A stretch of DNA of 64,000 nt, taken from the human T2T-CHM13v2.0 reference genome, Homo sapiens. The position numbers and the translations under genes were made by a program. Numbering within the stretch: position 1 is the stretch's first letter; each line of letters opens with the position of its first letter. The stretch lies in assembly GCF_009914755.1 (NCBI RefSeq), contig NC_060931.1. One strand, 5' to 3'. The notes beneath the pieces were generated by a model. The model was not told the DNA's origin. It worked only from the letters and a program-made list of their open reading frames with translations, and did not search any database. Below, piece after piece: positions 26,405-43,239 of this stretch.

Positions 26405-27810
26405 TACCATTTGACCCAGTGAGTCTACTCTCATCTACCCAAGTGAAATAAAAATATATGCCACAAAAAGACTTGTACACAAATGTTCTTTTAGGTATTA
26501 CTCATAATGGTCCTAAAATTGGGAAAAAAACCCCACAAATGCCCATCAACTAATGAACACATAAACAGAATTGATAGGGACAGAAGGCAGGGAAATTCTG
26601 GGCAGAAGAGGGCGGTCCCCAGCTAGAGTGCCATCCTCTAACCTGGAGCCACGGCCCAAAGTGGGAGCATACATTCCCACTTTTTTCCCCACTCGAATGT
26701 TGCCTTTTCCAAAACCATCCATGGCCAACCTGCTCCCCATCCTGTGCCCATAAGAACCCCAGGCTCCACTGGCAGAGGAAAAGAAGAGAAGAGGAGAAGC
26801 AGCAGAACATCAGAGACTACGGTTGGATGTCAAAGAGCAGCAGCTTGATTTAGAGGGACAGCTTGATGGCGTTGCTTAGGAGTCTGGGGACAGCCGGACT
26901 CCAGGGGAAGATTATCTTCTCACTCCATCCCTTTTTCAGCTCCCCTTCCATCTGAGAGCCACTTTGGTCAGCAATAAAATCCTTGGCATTTACCATCTCC
27001 AATTTGTTCATGCAACTTCATTCCTCCTGGATGCCAGAAAAGAACTGGGGTGCAGGTGCAAAAGGCTGCCAGACTAACCCTCCACTGAGCTGTTAACACT
27101 TAAGCCATCCGTGGACAGCAAAGCTAAAAGAGCACTGACTGTAACACTCTTTCTGGGGCTTCAGGGTTGTGGGCACCCCCCTAGGTGTTACTGGGGTGGG
27201 GAGGGCTGCACACAGTTTTGTTCCTGCCGGTGCCCAAAAGTGCTCACCCTGGCTCCTGCACCCACTCACCAGCATTCCCCTTCCTGTGAGGAGTAGAACA
27301 CAGCAGGACCAAGCAAGTGGAGTCCGCCCCTGTTGGCACCTAAGCAGCGGCTAGTTCTAGCACCTGTGCACTCCAGTTCCCACCACAAAGGAGTCAGGGA
27401 GATTTCCTGCTTCGGAATGCGATATAATCATAACAATGGAATGTTATTTGGCAATAGAAAGAAATGAAGTACTGGTATCTGTACAGCATGGACAAACCAC
27501 AAAAAGCATAACATTAAATGAAAGAGGCAAGACACAAGGGATCACATATTGTATAGCTCCACTTATCTGATAAATTTATAAGAGACAGTGGATCAGGGGT
27601 TGCCTGGGAAAGAGATGGGAAGGAACCAGATTGACAGTAAAGGGAATGAGGGATCTTATTGGGGTAATATTATAGAAGTGTTTTAAAACTGATTTATAGT
27701 GATGGTTGTACAACTTGGTAATTTCACTAAAAATTATTGAATTGTACACTTGAAATGGGTAAGTTACATATGTAAAATATGCCCAAATAAAGTTGTAAAA
27801 CAATTTTTAA
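26405..27810 (+). mobile_element. L1MB/MC-like 3' end split by an ERV1 LTR
   Basis: taccatttgacccag...caaatgcccatcaactaatgaa, resuming at 27415 with caatggaatgttatttggcaatagaaagaaatgaagtactg...aataaag. Confidence 0.75.
26572..27414 (+). mobile_element. ERV1 solo LTR (LTR1/LTR27/LTR28 group)
   Basis: tgatagggacagaaggcagggaaattctgggcagaagagggc...gatttcctgcttcg; 4-bp TSD gaat at 26568-26571 and 27415-27418. Confidence 0.85.
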
Positions 27811-27861
27811 GGTGCAATTGAATCATCTTAGCGTCTTGTTAAAATGCAAACTGAGTAGTAG

Positions 27862-28261
27862 GTACTATGGTTTGAATATGGGATTTTTTGGCCCCACCAG
27901 GTCTCATGTTGAAATTCTATCCCCATTGTTGGAGCCTTATGGCAGATCCTTTATGAATGGCTTGGTGCCATTCATAAAGGGATTGAGTTTTCACCTTTGG
28001 TTCCTGAGAGAATTGGTGTTGAAAAGAGCCTGGCACCTCCTCCTCTTTTCTTGGTCTACTCTCCACATGCTGTCTGCACGCAGCCCCCCTTCACCTTCTG
28101 CCATGAGTGGAAGCAGCCCAAGGCCCCACCAGAAGCCAAGCAGGTGCCAGTGCCATGCTTCTTATACAGCCTGCAAAACTGTGAGCCGAATACACCTCTT
28201 TTCTTTACAAATTGCCCAGCATCAGGTATTCTTTTCTAACAACGCAAATGGACTAAGACGG
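27862..28261 (+). mobile_element. MST-family MaLR LTR within a MER5A relic
   Basis: tactatggtttgaatatg...cttctgccatgagtggaagcag...aaatggactaagac. Confidence 0.8.
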
Positions 28262-28554
28262 TAGGTTTGGGGCAAGGCCTAAGATTTGCATTTCCAGTAA
28301 ACTCAAAGGTGAAGTTGATGCTGTTGATCCAGAGACTACATTCTGAGTAGCGAGGAGACAGATGTCCCAAATTCCTACTTCTCCAATTCAACTAACCCCA
28401 GACAAGTCACTCCCTCACTTGGGCTTCATTTATGAAGATGTAGCATCCTCAATCATCTCATTCTGAATACTTCATTGGCCTTGAACCATGTCATGAATGC
28501 AGCAAATCCTAAATGAAAAATTTGTATTTCTCCCCTCCTTTTCTTTGTTTGCCT

Positions 28555-29310
28555 AAGCCAGCATGTGAAACTTTAGCACGTCAAGCTCACCCAAGAAGCT
28601 GTTTAATATGCAGATTCCCTGACCCCCCGCCGCCCCCCACCCCCAAGACATTCTGAATCTGTAAGCCATCACTACGAAAACTGCCTTTTTAACAAGCACT
28701 TCAGGTAACTCTTATGCAGGTGATTTAAAAATTGTCTTTTGTGCACTGTTAATCTAAATGAGCACAGATCAATAGAAATATGATGGAAGCTCATGTTATT
28801 TTAAATATTCCAGTAGCCACATTTTAAAAAGTAAAAAGAAACAGGTGAAATGAGCTTTTATAATATATCTTATTTAACCCATTAAATCCAATATGTTATC
28901 ATTTTAACATGTAATCAATATAAAAATATCGAGATAATTTATGTATTTTTTTGGTAGTAAGTCTTTGAAATCTGGTGTGTATTTCAAATTTATCACACAT
29001 CTCAATTCAGACTAACCATATTTCAAGCACTCAGTTTTGGTCACCGACCCAAGACCTGTTGGATCATAAACTCTGGGTATGGCCCAGTAAGCTGTATTCG
29101 AGTAAGCTCTCCAGGTGATTCTCGTATTCACTTGAGCTTGAGAACCACTGATCTATGCTATTGTTTCTTGAACTTGACTGCACGTTGGAATCACCTGGGA
29201 AACTTAAAAAAAAAATGCTTATGCATGAGTCCGAGTCCCAGAAATCAAGATTTCTTTAAAAAGGCCTTCCAGATGATTCTAATATGCACCAAAGTTCAAA
29301 AGCTGCTGCT
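28555..29310. mobile_element. Cluster of hAT MITEs (MER5 pieces and MER33)
   Basis: MER5 motifs (caggtgattct, gaatcacctggg); MER33-like 28755-29035 (agtagccacattttaaaaagtaaaaagaaacaggtgaaat). Confidence 0.65.
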
Positions 29311-30449
29311 CACTGTCTCTTAAAGATGCCTACCTTATTATCTTCAGCTCCGAGAAGTTACTGGGCTCCTTTCATCATTTTCTGTGATGTATCATGCTCT
29401 GCTCACCAGTCCCCCCAAGTCCACATTTCTTGTTTATTCCACTTTGAGTTTTTAGAAAAAAAGTAATCATCTAAACCACTACTGCAATTCCCTTCCTAAA
29501 AGGGAAATCTCTGAAAAATCTGCATCCTTCAGCTTCTCCCCGATGATTGCTAGTCCCCACCTGCTTGACCCACTCAGCAATTCTCACCCCTTACTCCATC
29601 TCCCCATAGCCCCCACGGACCCTGATTCATCTTCCGGGAGCATCAACCCAATAACAGCTCCATCCCACTGCCTATGTGGCTCCCAAATTTTGGACACTTA
29701 TCGGTGACTTTTAATTGAGCTGTGGCCCTCTCCTGTATTTCAAAGGAATCCCTGAAGGCCCAAATCATCCCTAAAAGTCTCCTCCAGAGAAAAAGAGCAA
29801 AAACAGAAATCAACCCATGAGCCTCCTTTCCTACCACTGCTAAGAGTTTCCATTCAGTAGATCTCCATTTCCCACTACCTTGGGTTCCAGCAGCTCACTG
29901 GGAGAGGAGGGATCTTTGAGAAGGTCATCTGATCATGTGTGGAAGGAGTCGAGGGAATTAAAAATCAGATTGCATGCCCATGTCATAGACTGTTCGGGAA
30001 AAAGCAGCTGCTTGGCATGTGTGTGTGCAGCCCACACAAACAACATAGGTCATGTTTACGTCTATGTAAATATGTATAGTTGAAGCACCCTCTAGTGGAA
30101 CACCTAGAGAAGGTCACACTCTCTGGAGAAACTCACCCTTGGAGAAAAAAAAACAAAAAACAAAAAAACAAGGTATTTGGAAATCTTATCTGCCCAGAGC
30201 ATCCATGGTGAGATATAAGAGCACAAGTCTATAGTGTATTCATGTACAGGGGCACAGGCCAGCCCGGTGTCCACCTGGTCTGCTGGGTGAGGAGGGGGCA
30301 TGAGCTGAACTGGCCTTTCTTGAGGCCTCACATGGAGGCTTTGATTCCCCTGTTGCCTGAGGTGTAAGAAAGCAGTGTTGGGATGTATTTTACAGATTAC
30401 CACGGGTTCCTTTCAGGCTAAGAAGCTGTCCATCTCCATTTCAAATCAA

Positions 30450-32450
30450 GGAGTGGGGAGAGAAGATAGATTATTCACTATTGGGACAACTGGATTGCTA
30501 TCGGGAAGAGGATAACTTTGAAGCATGAATCAACTTTCATACGCTAAATAAATTCCAAATTGAAACATAAAGAATTTGAGAAAAGGAGTGAAGATTATGT
30601 TGAAGTAGGAAATACCTTGCCAAATGTAACCCCAAATCGTAAGTCATTTTAAAAACCATTGAGAAAGTTTAACACATAAAAACAAAACATTTCTACATGG
30701 CCAAAAACAATGCCATGAACAAGGTCAAAAGACAAATAGCACACAAGGGGAAAAATGCAACGGATAGTACAAAGGGATAAAGTCCTTAATCTAGATGGTG
30801 TTCCTACAATTAATAAGCCACACACTCGGAGTTCAATAGAAAAAAAAATGAACAAGGGATATGAACAGACAGGTCACAGAAAAGGAAAGAAAAAATTATG
30901 CTCTTAAACATATAGAACAATGTTCATTCTCATTCGTAAGAGTTGTTTTTCAACATCACAGAGTAGGATCATATGCTAAGCAGGGCAAGTACAAGGAAGC
31001 AGGCACAGTCACATGTGGGAGTGTGGAATAGAAACTGGCACACTGTTCATGAAGGGCAATTTTTTAATAGCCTTGGTCAAAATAAACATTAGCCATACAC
31101 ATTGACCCAGCAAGTCCACTTGTAGGAATTTACCTTACAAATATGCTTACAGATGTGTGAAATGATGCATGCATGAGGAAATTCATGGAAGCATGGTTTG
31201 CAAGAGCAAAATCCTAGAAACACTGTAAATGCCCATCCAGAAGGGACTGGGGAAATAAATTATGGTACATCCATACAATGGAATACTATGCAGCCATGGG
31301 CTCCACGTTTCCAACATAAGTCATCTCTATCTGTGGAGATGTGGATTAATTTTCTACATACATAAAGTGAAAATAACAAGATGAGGTGAGGATGTGAAGA
31401 TTTTCATTAAAAAAATGAGGCTCCCTGGGGAAAAAAAAAAAATGTTTCTCAGGTTGTAGAACCAGCTGGTGATATTTTTATGATTTTGGTATAAATGTTG
31501 CTTGTTTTGTTTTTAATTCAATAGTTTAAAATTATCACAGAGGGAATACATAAATGTAAGAAAAGAATGGTTAGTTTTTATGTTATGGGCACGACAGTCA
31601 TATAACTGCTTGTATTTTCCTCTGCATTTGCTGCTAGAAAGCTCAGAGCCACATTAGTAGCCCACCTCTTGTTGTACAGTGTTTCAGGGCATGTGTATTT
31701 TGTACTAAACTCTCTGCTGACTTAGTTTTATTTTTTTACAACTCTTTACTTTCCTAAACAATTATTTTACATAGATTATAATAAACTGCTTCAAATGCAT
31801 CTTGTAATGAGACAGTGCTGTATACCGACTGTTTGTGTCACCCCCACCCCAAGAAAATTCATGTGTTGAAATCCTAACCCGCAGTGTGGTGGTATTAGGG
31901 AGGTCGGGCCTTTGGGAGGTGATTAGGCCATGACGGTGGAGCCCTTGTGAATGGGATTAATGCCTTTATAAAACAGGCTCCAGAGAGTTCCCTCACCCCT
32001 TCCACCTTGTGAGGACACAGCAAAAAGATGGCTGTCTATGAATCAGGAAGCAGGCCCTCACCAGACACTGAATCTGCTAGTGCCTTTATCTTGACTTCTC
32101 AAAATATAAGAACTATTTTTTTGTTGTTTATAAGCCACCCAGTCTATGGTATTCTGTTATAGCAGCCCAAATGGACTAAGACCGATAAGCATATCTTTTT
32201 TAAAAACACTAGAAAAAGAAAGCAAAGTGAAGAAAGTAGTATACGCTTCTGTTTGCATTAAAAAGAATACATGCATATGCACATTTGCATAAAAATATCT
32301 CTGGAAGGTTAGTAACTCTAGTTTCCTGCAAGGGCTAGGGAACAGAAGACAAAGGGAATCTTATTAATTACTAATAACTAGTTAATAAAATACAAAATAA
32401 TTTTTAAAAGTTGTTTTATGCCATATACATCTTTAATAAATATTTTTTAA
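30450..32450 (+). mobile_element. L1ME-like ORF2 3' end and 3'UTR, interrupted at ~31385-32210
   Basis: aaataaattatggtacatccatacaatggaatactatgcagcc and similar motifs. Confidence 0.7.
31816..32182 (+). mobile_element. MLT1A0-like MaLR LTR
   Basis: aattcatgtgttgaaatcctaacccgcagtgtggtggtattaggg...ctgttatagcagcccaaatggactaagac. Confidence 0.88.
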
Positions 32451-32926
32451 AGTTATCCTTCCCTTTGCTCTAAAGAGCCACTTGATTGCTTTGAGCACCG
32501 CTCTCCTGGTTGCTACTGTTCCGCCAACAGGAAGCAGTGTAATAGAGGAGAAATTGACTTACTGTCACCCACTGACTTTCTGCTGTAATGTGGACTCACT
32601 GGTTCTGTGTATTGTGCCAGAGCTGCTGAAATATCTATAAATATTTTTACTGTATTATGAAAAATGAAAACTTGGCCCATCTCCCATAGTTTGCATTTTT
32701 TTTAAAAAAACGCAATTGGAGATAAATATGATTTTTTAAAATGTATTGAAAGTGAGGTCCTTAGTAGGGGAAAGACAAGGGCATGATGAGTTTTCTAAAG
32801 AGTGAGGCTTTCACTTTCATTCTCTACTAAGGCTCACATCTATGTAAGTCCCCAACAATGATGCACTGTGTATTTTTTAAAGTCAGGTTTATTGAGGTAT
32901 AATTTATACACTGTTTTATATATATA

Positions 32927-33370
32927 CAATTGACCCTTAAACAACATGGGTTTGAACAGCATGGGTCTGTTTATATGCAGAGTCTCATCTGCTCTTGACA
33001 CTCCTGAGATAACAAGACCAACCCCTCCTCTTCCTCCTCCTCTTCAGCCTACCCATCGTGAAGATGAATGAAGACCTTTATGATGATCCACTTCCACTTA
33101 ATAAATAGTAAATACATTGACTCTTATGACTTTAATGACATTTTCTTTTTCTAGCTCACTTTTATTATATCAATACACTGTGTAATATATAAAATATGTA
33201 TATACGTATAACATACAAAACATGTATAAATTGACTGTGTTATCAGTAAAGCTTCCAGTCAACAGTAGGCTATTAGTAGCTACATTTTGGAGGAGTCAAA
33301 AGTTATATGCAGATTTTCAACTGCAGGGGTGTTGGAACCCTTAAGCCCTGCATTGTTCGAGGGTCAACTG
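32927..33370 (+). mobile_element. Tigger2a (MER28-type) DNA transposon
   Basis: TIRs caattgacccttaaacaa / ttgttcgagggtcaactg, TA on both flanks. Confidence 0.85.
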
Positions 33371-33374
33371 TATG

Positions 33375-34610
33375 TATAACTGTTATATATAAAAAATTCA
33401 CCCTTTTTAGGATATAGTTCAGTGAGTTTTATTTATATATATATATATATATGACAAACATATATAGATCATATATAGAACATTTCCATCACCTCAAAAA
33501 TTTCCCTCCTTCCCCTTTATCATCAAACCTTCCCTTATCCCCAGTTCCTTAACATTTTTTTTTTTTTTTGAGACAGTGCCTCACTCTGTTGACCAGGCTA
33601 GACTCGACCTCCTGGCCTCAAGCGATTCTCTGGCCTTAGCCTCTCAAGTAGCTGAAACTATCAGCGAGTTTTAACTTTTTATTTGGGAGCAATTTTACAG
33701 TTACAGAAAATTTGTAAAGATAGTTCACAGTTCTCATATATCCTTCATCCAACTCTCCCTAATGTTATTATAACATCTTACATAACAGTGGTTATACGTA
33801 TCAAAACTAAGAAATTAACACTGGTAAATTACTATGAAGCAAGCTTTTATTTTATTCAGATGTAACCAGTTTTTCTATTAATGTCATTTTTTGGTTTCAG
33901 ATCCTATCCTGGATCCCACCTTGTGTTTAATCATCATGTCTCCTGAATCTCTTGTGACCTGTGACAGCTTCTCAATCTTCCTTTGTTTTTCATGACCCTT
34001 TTTAACTTGTTTATGCCTAGTGTTCCATTATTGGAATGCTAAGTGTGTGGGAGTTATTTATATCCTACTGCTCAAGGTCATTGTCAAGGTCTGATTTTTC
34101 ACTCATGCAAAAATTCAAAAAATTGTTAAGAATACTGGTCAGATAGTATGTAGTACGTCTCTCAGTTTGGGTTTGTCTTCTGTTTTCTCACAACTAGACT
34201 GGGCTTATGGATTTGGGGTAAAAATGCCAGAGAGATGAGGTGTCCTTCTCAAGGCATCATGGCAGGGCACATACCATGGTTATATAAGATGTTAACTTTA
34301 GGGAGAGTTGGATGAAGGATAAACGAGAACTCTGAACTACCTTTGCAAATTTTGTGTAAAGCGTAAAATTGCTCCCAAATAAAAAGCCATAACTGACCTA
34401 TAATTCCAGCTATCTGGGAGGCTGAGGTGGAAGAATCACGTGAGGCCCATGAGTTCCACTTGATTTATCATTGGTGATGGTGACCTGGATCACCTAACAG
34501 TTTTCTCCACAATAAAGTTACTTTTTCACTTTCCAAACTCCATTCATCAGAAGCACTAAGTCTGGCTCACTCTTGAGGAGAAGGCAACTAAACTCCACCT
34601 CCTAGAGGGG
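33375..34610 (-). mobile_element. L1MB-like 3' regions, antisense, with nested Alu fragment (33554-33665), MER85 and filler DNA
   Basis: agaacatttccatcacc; aaaactaagaaattaacactggt; tagactgggcttatggatttgggg. Confidence 0.7.
34006..34125 (+). mobile_element. MER85 (piggyBac PGBD3-related MITE) lacking its 3' TIR
   Basis: tttatgcctagtgttccattattggaatgctaag...gggagttatttatatcctactgctcaaggtcat; TTAA at 34002-34005 and 34126-34129. Confidence 0.88.
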
Positions 34611-36507
34611 AGCTCTCTCCACATATTATGTGGCCACCCCCCTCCTCCAGGCGGTCTTCTCCCTGTGCCATCTTTCTCAGGGAGCACCTGCAAAGGCCTG
34701 TGGAGAAGAATCTGCATGTGTCCCTGTGACTTCCCCTTGTGACTGCAGCTCCTCACAACTCTCTACTCTCACCCTGGTCCACCCTTGCGATTTACCACCA
34801 TCTACAGTTTTAGCTGAATCCTTCATATTCACTTCTTAATCCTTGTGTAGCCTGGGCATCTCTCCTATGCTCTGTTCTGCTGAGCTGGTGGTTCCCTCCC
34901 ATCTCTCCTTGGAAGGCCCCGTCTTTTCTTGGATTTCAGGCTATTTGATGGCCTAAACCTCATCTTTCTAATGGTTTCAAGGAGAACTGTCACTATTGTT
35001 TATCAAGCTTTTTACTTGTTAAGGTGAGAGTGACACTATCTTCAGCTTCCTACATGCTGGGTGGAAGCGGAACTTGTACTGAACTTGAAATCCACTCTCC
35101 TCTGAGGGGAAAGTGAGAGCCAAGGGATGCACAACTGTGAGAACATCAGAGAACATCCTCAATTCCATGACTCCCAATTAGGCCCACTACTGGCTGCTAT
35201 ACCCTGGCATACCAGGTCCTATGACTATCCTGAGAATGGTTGGAGCCATTCTGAGAAAGAATGATCAGACTAACTCTAAGCAAAAGCTGCTGCAGTTTCT
35301 CCCTCCGATCATAACCCTCACTCAGTCCTCACTCGCCTAAGGCACCCCTCCAGGTAGCCCATGTCTTAGGTCTGCCATAGCACCCACCAACTGGGGTCAT
35401 CTACTCTCATCACAGCACTTGGTGCTCCCCCAAGCCCTCCTGAACCAGTGAGTGATGTGAGCACGTGCCAGTGTTTGATGGTGGCTGCAGTGACAGCTCA
35501 GCTAACCCCACACACTTATGTCTCTGACAATTTCATTCCATCACACACTCTTTCATTCCTTTATTCATTCACTCAACGAGTAGCAAATATGGCAGGAATT
35601 ATGCTGTGGAAATTATGCTGGGCTTTGGATATCCATCTAGTGAACCCCATAAAAACAACTTAACATTTTTTTCTACAAGGAGAGGCCAAACAACAATGAT
35701 CTTTGAGTGTGTTTCGAGTATACACAATTGTCTTCATAATAAGCTTTGTATCTGAGTAGCTATTATAAAGTTCCATTGGAGCCTCACAACAGCTCTGTGA
35801 GGTAGATGAAAGATTGAAAGTGAGAGATATTAGGTGCTTGCCCTGTGATTGCACTGTTCATGTCTGAGCCAGGTCTTGAGGCTTTCTGACTTCAAATATA
35901 GTGTTCTCACTGCTCCAATGCTTGCATCTGTGAGAAGTAGTAAAATAATCAAAACTCAATGTGCCCTATGTAAACCAAGGACCACTCTCACCAAAATATA
36001 AAAGAATAGGTGTCCAAGGTGATTGGGTTTCCGTGACTAGGATTCAGGCCTAAATTTATATATTATTTCATCCCTGGTCCTTTTACCAGCTCTATCCCAA
36101 TCACAGCACTCCAACTGAGGTCCAGAGAATGACCCTGGAACCCAGTGACCCAAACTATCTGCTATAGTGATGGGCACTGGCAAATAAACCTCATTATTAC
36201 CAGCTTATTAGCAATAGAGAAAAGCCACATGCAGATTTACAAAAAGAATGTTTTGAACCTTCTCAGGGAGCCCTAATCAAAAAACAGCAGTGCACAACAG
36301 GTCCAGACCTCTGTACAGGCACTCATAAATTGTCTGTGACCTTCCTGGGTGCCACTCTGCACAGGCAGCCCTGTAGACCTCAGACGCTATCTGCATGGAA
36401 ATCTCTGGACCAGGTGCTGCTCTGGGCATGTTTGAACTTCAGAGGAAAACTGGGTGAACCAATGTCATTATTCCCAAGCAAATTTACCCAAATGCCAGAT
36501 AAGCAAA

Positions 36508-36541
<34 letters not shown>

Positions 36542-37639
36542 TCACTACATTGGTCACTGGAGCAAGAAAGCTATTGCTTGCTCATTTCACCTGGTGGGAC
36601 ACTTTGGAATTTGTTTTTAAAAGAAGAGGCAAGATCACCTTCTCAGAGGAAGATAAATACAGACAAGAACAATTTCTTGACCTTCACATAGAAGAGTAAC
36701 CATAAAACTAAGCTTTTCTCTATGATTTAAAACAAAGAAAAATTCTCAGTGGTCAGGCTTCATCTTTGGGGATGAATAGTGCATAATCTAAGAGGCTTTT
36801 TAGCAAAATGGATTTGCCAGCTTTTGGTGTTTGTCCTGAAGGAAACATTTACATTGTATAGTAAGGAGAATGTGTCAGCCTACCCTGAGGTAATGTCACA
36901 ACATCTTGATGAAACATATGCCACAATAAAATTATATCAGTGCAAAAAAAATCAATGGTTATATTCGCCTATGTGTTATACACCTCCGCCTAAACTTGTT
37001 CGTTTACTGGAATAAAAACTTAGCAAATAAAATAGGAGAAATAAATTGTTCCCAATAAAAGTGGAATTCCCGAGAAGTTTATTTTAAATAGACCCCCAAT
37101 CCGTTATTTTGTGGATTTAGATGGGTTTTGACTTAAACTCTACGCCCTTATAATTGTCCTGCATAATGAAACCCCATACAGTAAACTGATTGTATTTGTA
37201 AGGAACATGTTTGGAATTCTCTTTGAATCCTAACTTCATAAGCAAGGAAAGGTCTGTGAGAGTTGGATGTGTCCTATGTGTGTTGCACACAACAAGTGAA
37301 AAGCCCAAATTTAAACAATTAAATATAGAGCTTCTTGGGTTGTGTGGGACATAGAGCAGAGAACATAGAACCCCTTCACTTGCTTCTCTTTTTCCTCTAG
37401 ACAACTCCCTTCCACACTCCCTCCCGCCATTCCCTTCCCCCTTCTCCCAACACAATTGGCAGTTTCTCAAGCACCTCTTGGAAATATTGAGTACTGTTTG
37501 CTATATGGAGCAGTTGCTTGAATGCAGCTGCACTAACTGATATCTATGAAAGAGATCTTGTATTTATCTGCCAGCAAAGATAAATGACCTCCCCATACTG
37601 TCTAGGAAGCAGTTAGGTGGGCTGTGGTTCTATGTCCAG

Positions 37640-39903
<2,264 letters not shown>

Positions 39904-40560
39904 ACTCTACTTTTACTTTAGACTGTGGCCAGAATTGTAGCACCATCACACCTCCACCTCCACCCCCACTGCCAAACCCAGCTACATCCCACTTCTACCT
40001 CTAGTCTTGGCTTTGTCCGCAGCAGGGAATGTAACCTTTGACAATGTCCCACCCCCTCAATGGGTCTGTCTCCTCATTTGTAAATATGGTAGTTGTATTA
40101 GGTTACTTAGGTTTCTTGCAGCTTGAATATTTTAGGGTCATCTGTTTAAAACACCCTCCTTCTCCAGAAGTCTGATGTAATACTCCCACCTGACTGACTG
40201 GCCCTTCCCTGGGGCTCTCAGAGTCTTAGTGTGTGTCTTAGTGCTTTTCACATGGTCCCATAATCCTTGATTCACTTGAGTCTCCCTCATCTTGAGACTA
40301 CAAAGCCCTTTAATGCAAGGAGCTACGCGTTAGTTGCCTTTGTGTCCCCAGCACCTAGCATAGTTCCTGGTACATAGTAGTGCTCAGTAAATGTGTGTGA
40401 TATGAATGAAGATAAAGCAGGTCACCTTCATGCCGGGAAAGAGATTGAAAAGAGAAAATCACAGAGACAGACCCTGAGAAGTTGGAGGCAAGATGAGGAT
40501 GCTGAGGCAAAAAGACCAAGTCTAGAATGATGGATTTGAAGGAAAAAAGGGGAGAGGGGG

Positions 40561-40831
40561 AGCCGAGCGCAGTGGCTCACACCTGTAATCCCAGCACTTC
40601 AGGAGGCTGAGGTGGGTGGATCACGAGGTCAGGAGTTCAAGACCAGCCTGGCCAACATGGTGAAACCCCATTTCTACTAAAAATACAAAGGTTAGCCAAG
40701 CGTGATGGCGGGCTCCTGTAATCCCAGCTACTCGGGAGGCTGAGGCAGGAGAATCACTTGAACTCAGGAGGTGGAGATCACACCACTGCTTTCCAGCTTG
40801 GGCGACAGAACAAGATTCTGTCTCAAAAAAA

Positions 40832-40862
<31 letters not shown>

Positions 40863-40910
40863 GAAAGAAAGGAGAAGAGAAGAGAAAAAAAAAAGAAAAG
40901 AGAAACGAAA
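40561..40910 (+). mobile_element. AluS with small right-arm deletion and long A/G-rich tail
   Basis: agccgagcgcagtggctcacacctgtaatcccagcac...; ggaggtggagatcacacc lacks the ttgcagtgagcc segment. Confidence 0.93.
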
Positions 40911-41802
40911 GGGGAGGGGCACCTTAGGGACACTGGAGACACTGGGGCCTGCCCAGGTATCAGCTTACATTTACATTCACAGAGGGCCCCCTGAGCTCAG
41001 CCCCAAGGAAAGGCTTATAAGAAAGGTAACACAGACTTCTAGGAAGAGTAACTCTCTGCCTTCAAGAAGCTAACTAGCCTGCTGGGCAGAAAATCCATGG
41101 ATGGACTAGAAGCCACTTTAAATTGTGCCAGACAGTGCATGGGCAGGAACCAAGTGCTAAGTACTGTGGTGCAGATTACTAAAACCATAGGCAGGGAAAG
41201 GTCAGCGTGAGCTGGAACCTGTCCCTGCTCAGCTGAAGGCAAATCTGTGCCTCCTTCCTAGTTTTTTCCAGTTTTAAAAAACCTGCCTATAATTTCTTTG
41301 TTTATGCCCCCATATACGGCTTTCACTCAAGAATCATGACAGCAAGACCTTGGTGGACCTAGTTCCAAAGATTCTCGGTTTCCCTTCAAATAAATGTGTC
41401 AGGTCTAGGAGTTAAAAGGTTTCAACCACATGATCAAAGACCACAAGTGCTTACTTCCATAATAGAGTCTTTGAATGGGAGTCTCCATTCCATCACACCT
41501 GACTTGGCTATGCACTCCATGAAAACAGAGACTGTGTCTGTCTGCTCAGTGCTGGCTGCCGTACGCTTGGTATTTGCATGGGAGACTGTAGAGGACCAGT
41601 GAATATTTCTTGAAAGAATGAATAAGCCTCAGGAGTGTATGTTAGAGGTGGGAAGATTTATAACTAATTGGCTTATATCTAAAATGTGTTAAGTATTCAG
41701 GGAGACATTTTATTTAATTGTAAGAAAATAAGTTATTGATAGTTGAGAATTGTTCAGGACTACCTCATTTCTAGAAGTGTGATTTCATCTTGTAGCTTTG
41801 GT

Positions 41803-42730
<928 letters not shown>

Positions 42731-42734
42731 AAGG

Positions 42735-43239
42735 TAGAGCTTATTCTCCTCCTCTTGAATATGAGCGGAACTCAGTGATTTGCTTCTAATGAATAGAATG
42801 TGGTAGAAATGATGCTATGATAACATCTGAAGCTGGGTCATAGTGACAGTAGCTTCCACCTGGCTCTTACTTTCTTGGGTGGATCACTAACTTTAGGGGT
42901 CATGGGAATTGACTATGGGAAGCCATGTAGATGTCACATCCTAAGGGCCTTCAAACAGCTTATGGACAGGCTCATGAGGGAAGGAACTGAGGCCTCCCAC
43001 CAACATCCAGCACCAACTTGCCAGTCGTATCTGTGAGCCATCTTGGAAGCAGATCCTCGAACCCCAGTCAAGCCTTCACATGCCTACAGCCCCAGCCAAC
43101 ATCTTGACTGCAACCACCAAGCCAAGCTGCTCCCAAATCCCTGACTCACAGAAACTCTGAGAGCTAATAAATGTTTACTATTATTTTAAGTCACTATGTT
43201 TTGGGGTAACTTGTTCTGCAATAATACATAACAAATACA
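42735..43239 (+). mobile_element. MLT1 MaLR LTR
   Basis: gaggcctcccaccaacatccagcaccaacttgccag...ttttggggtaacttgttctgcaataatacataacaaataca. Confidence 0.75.
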
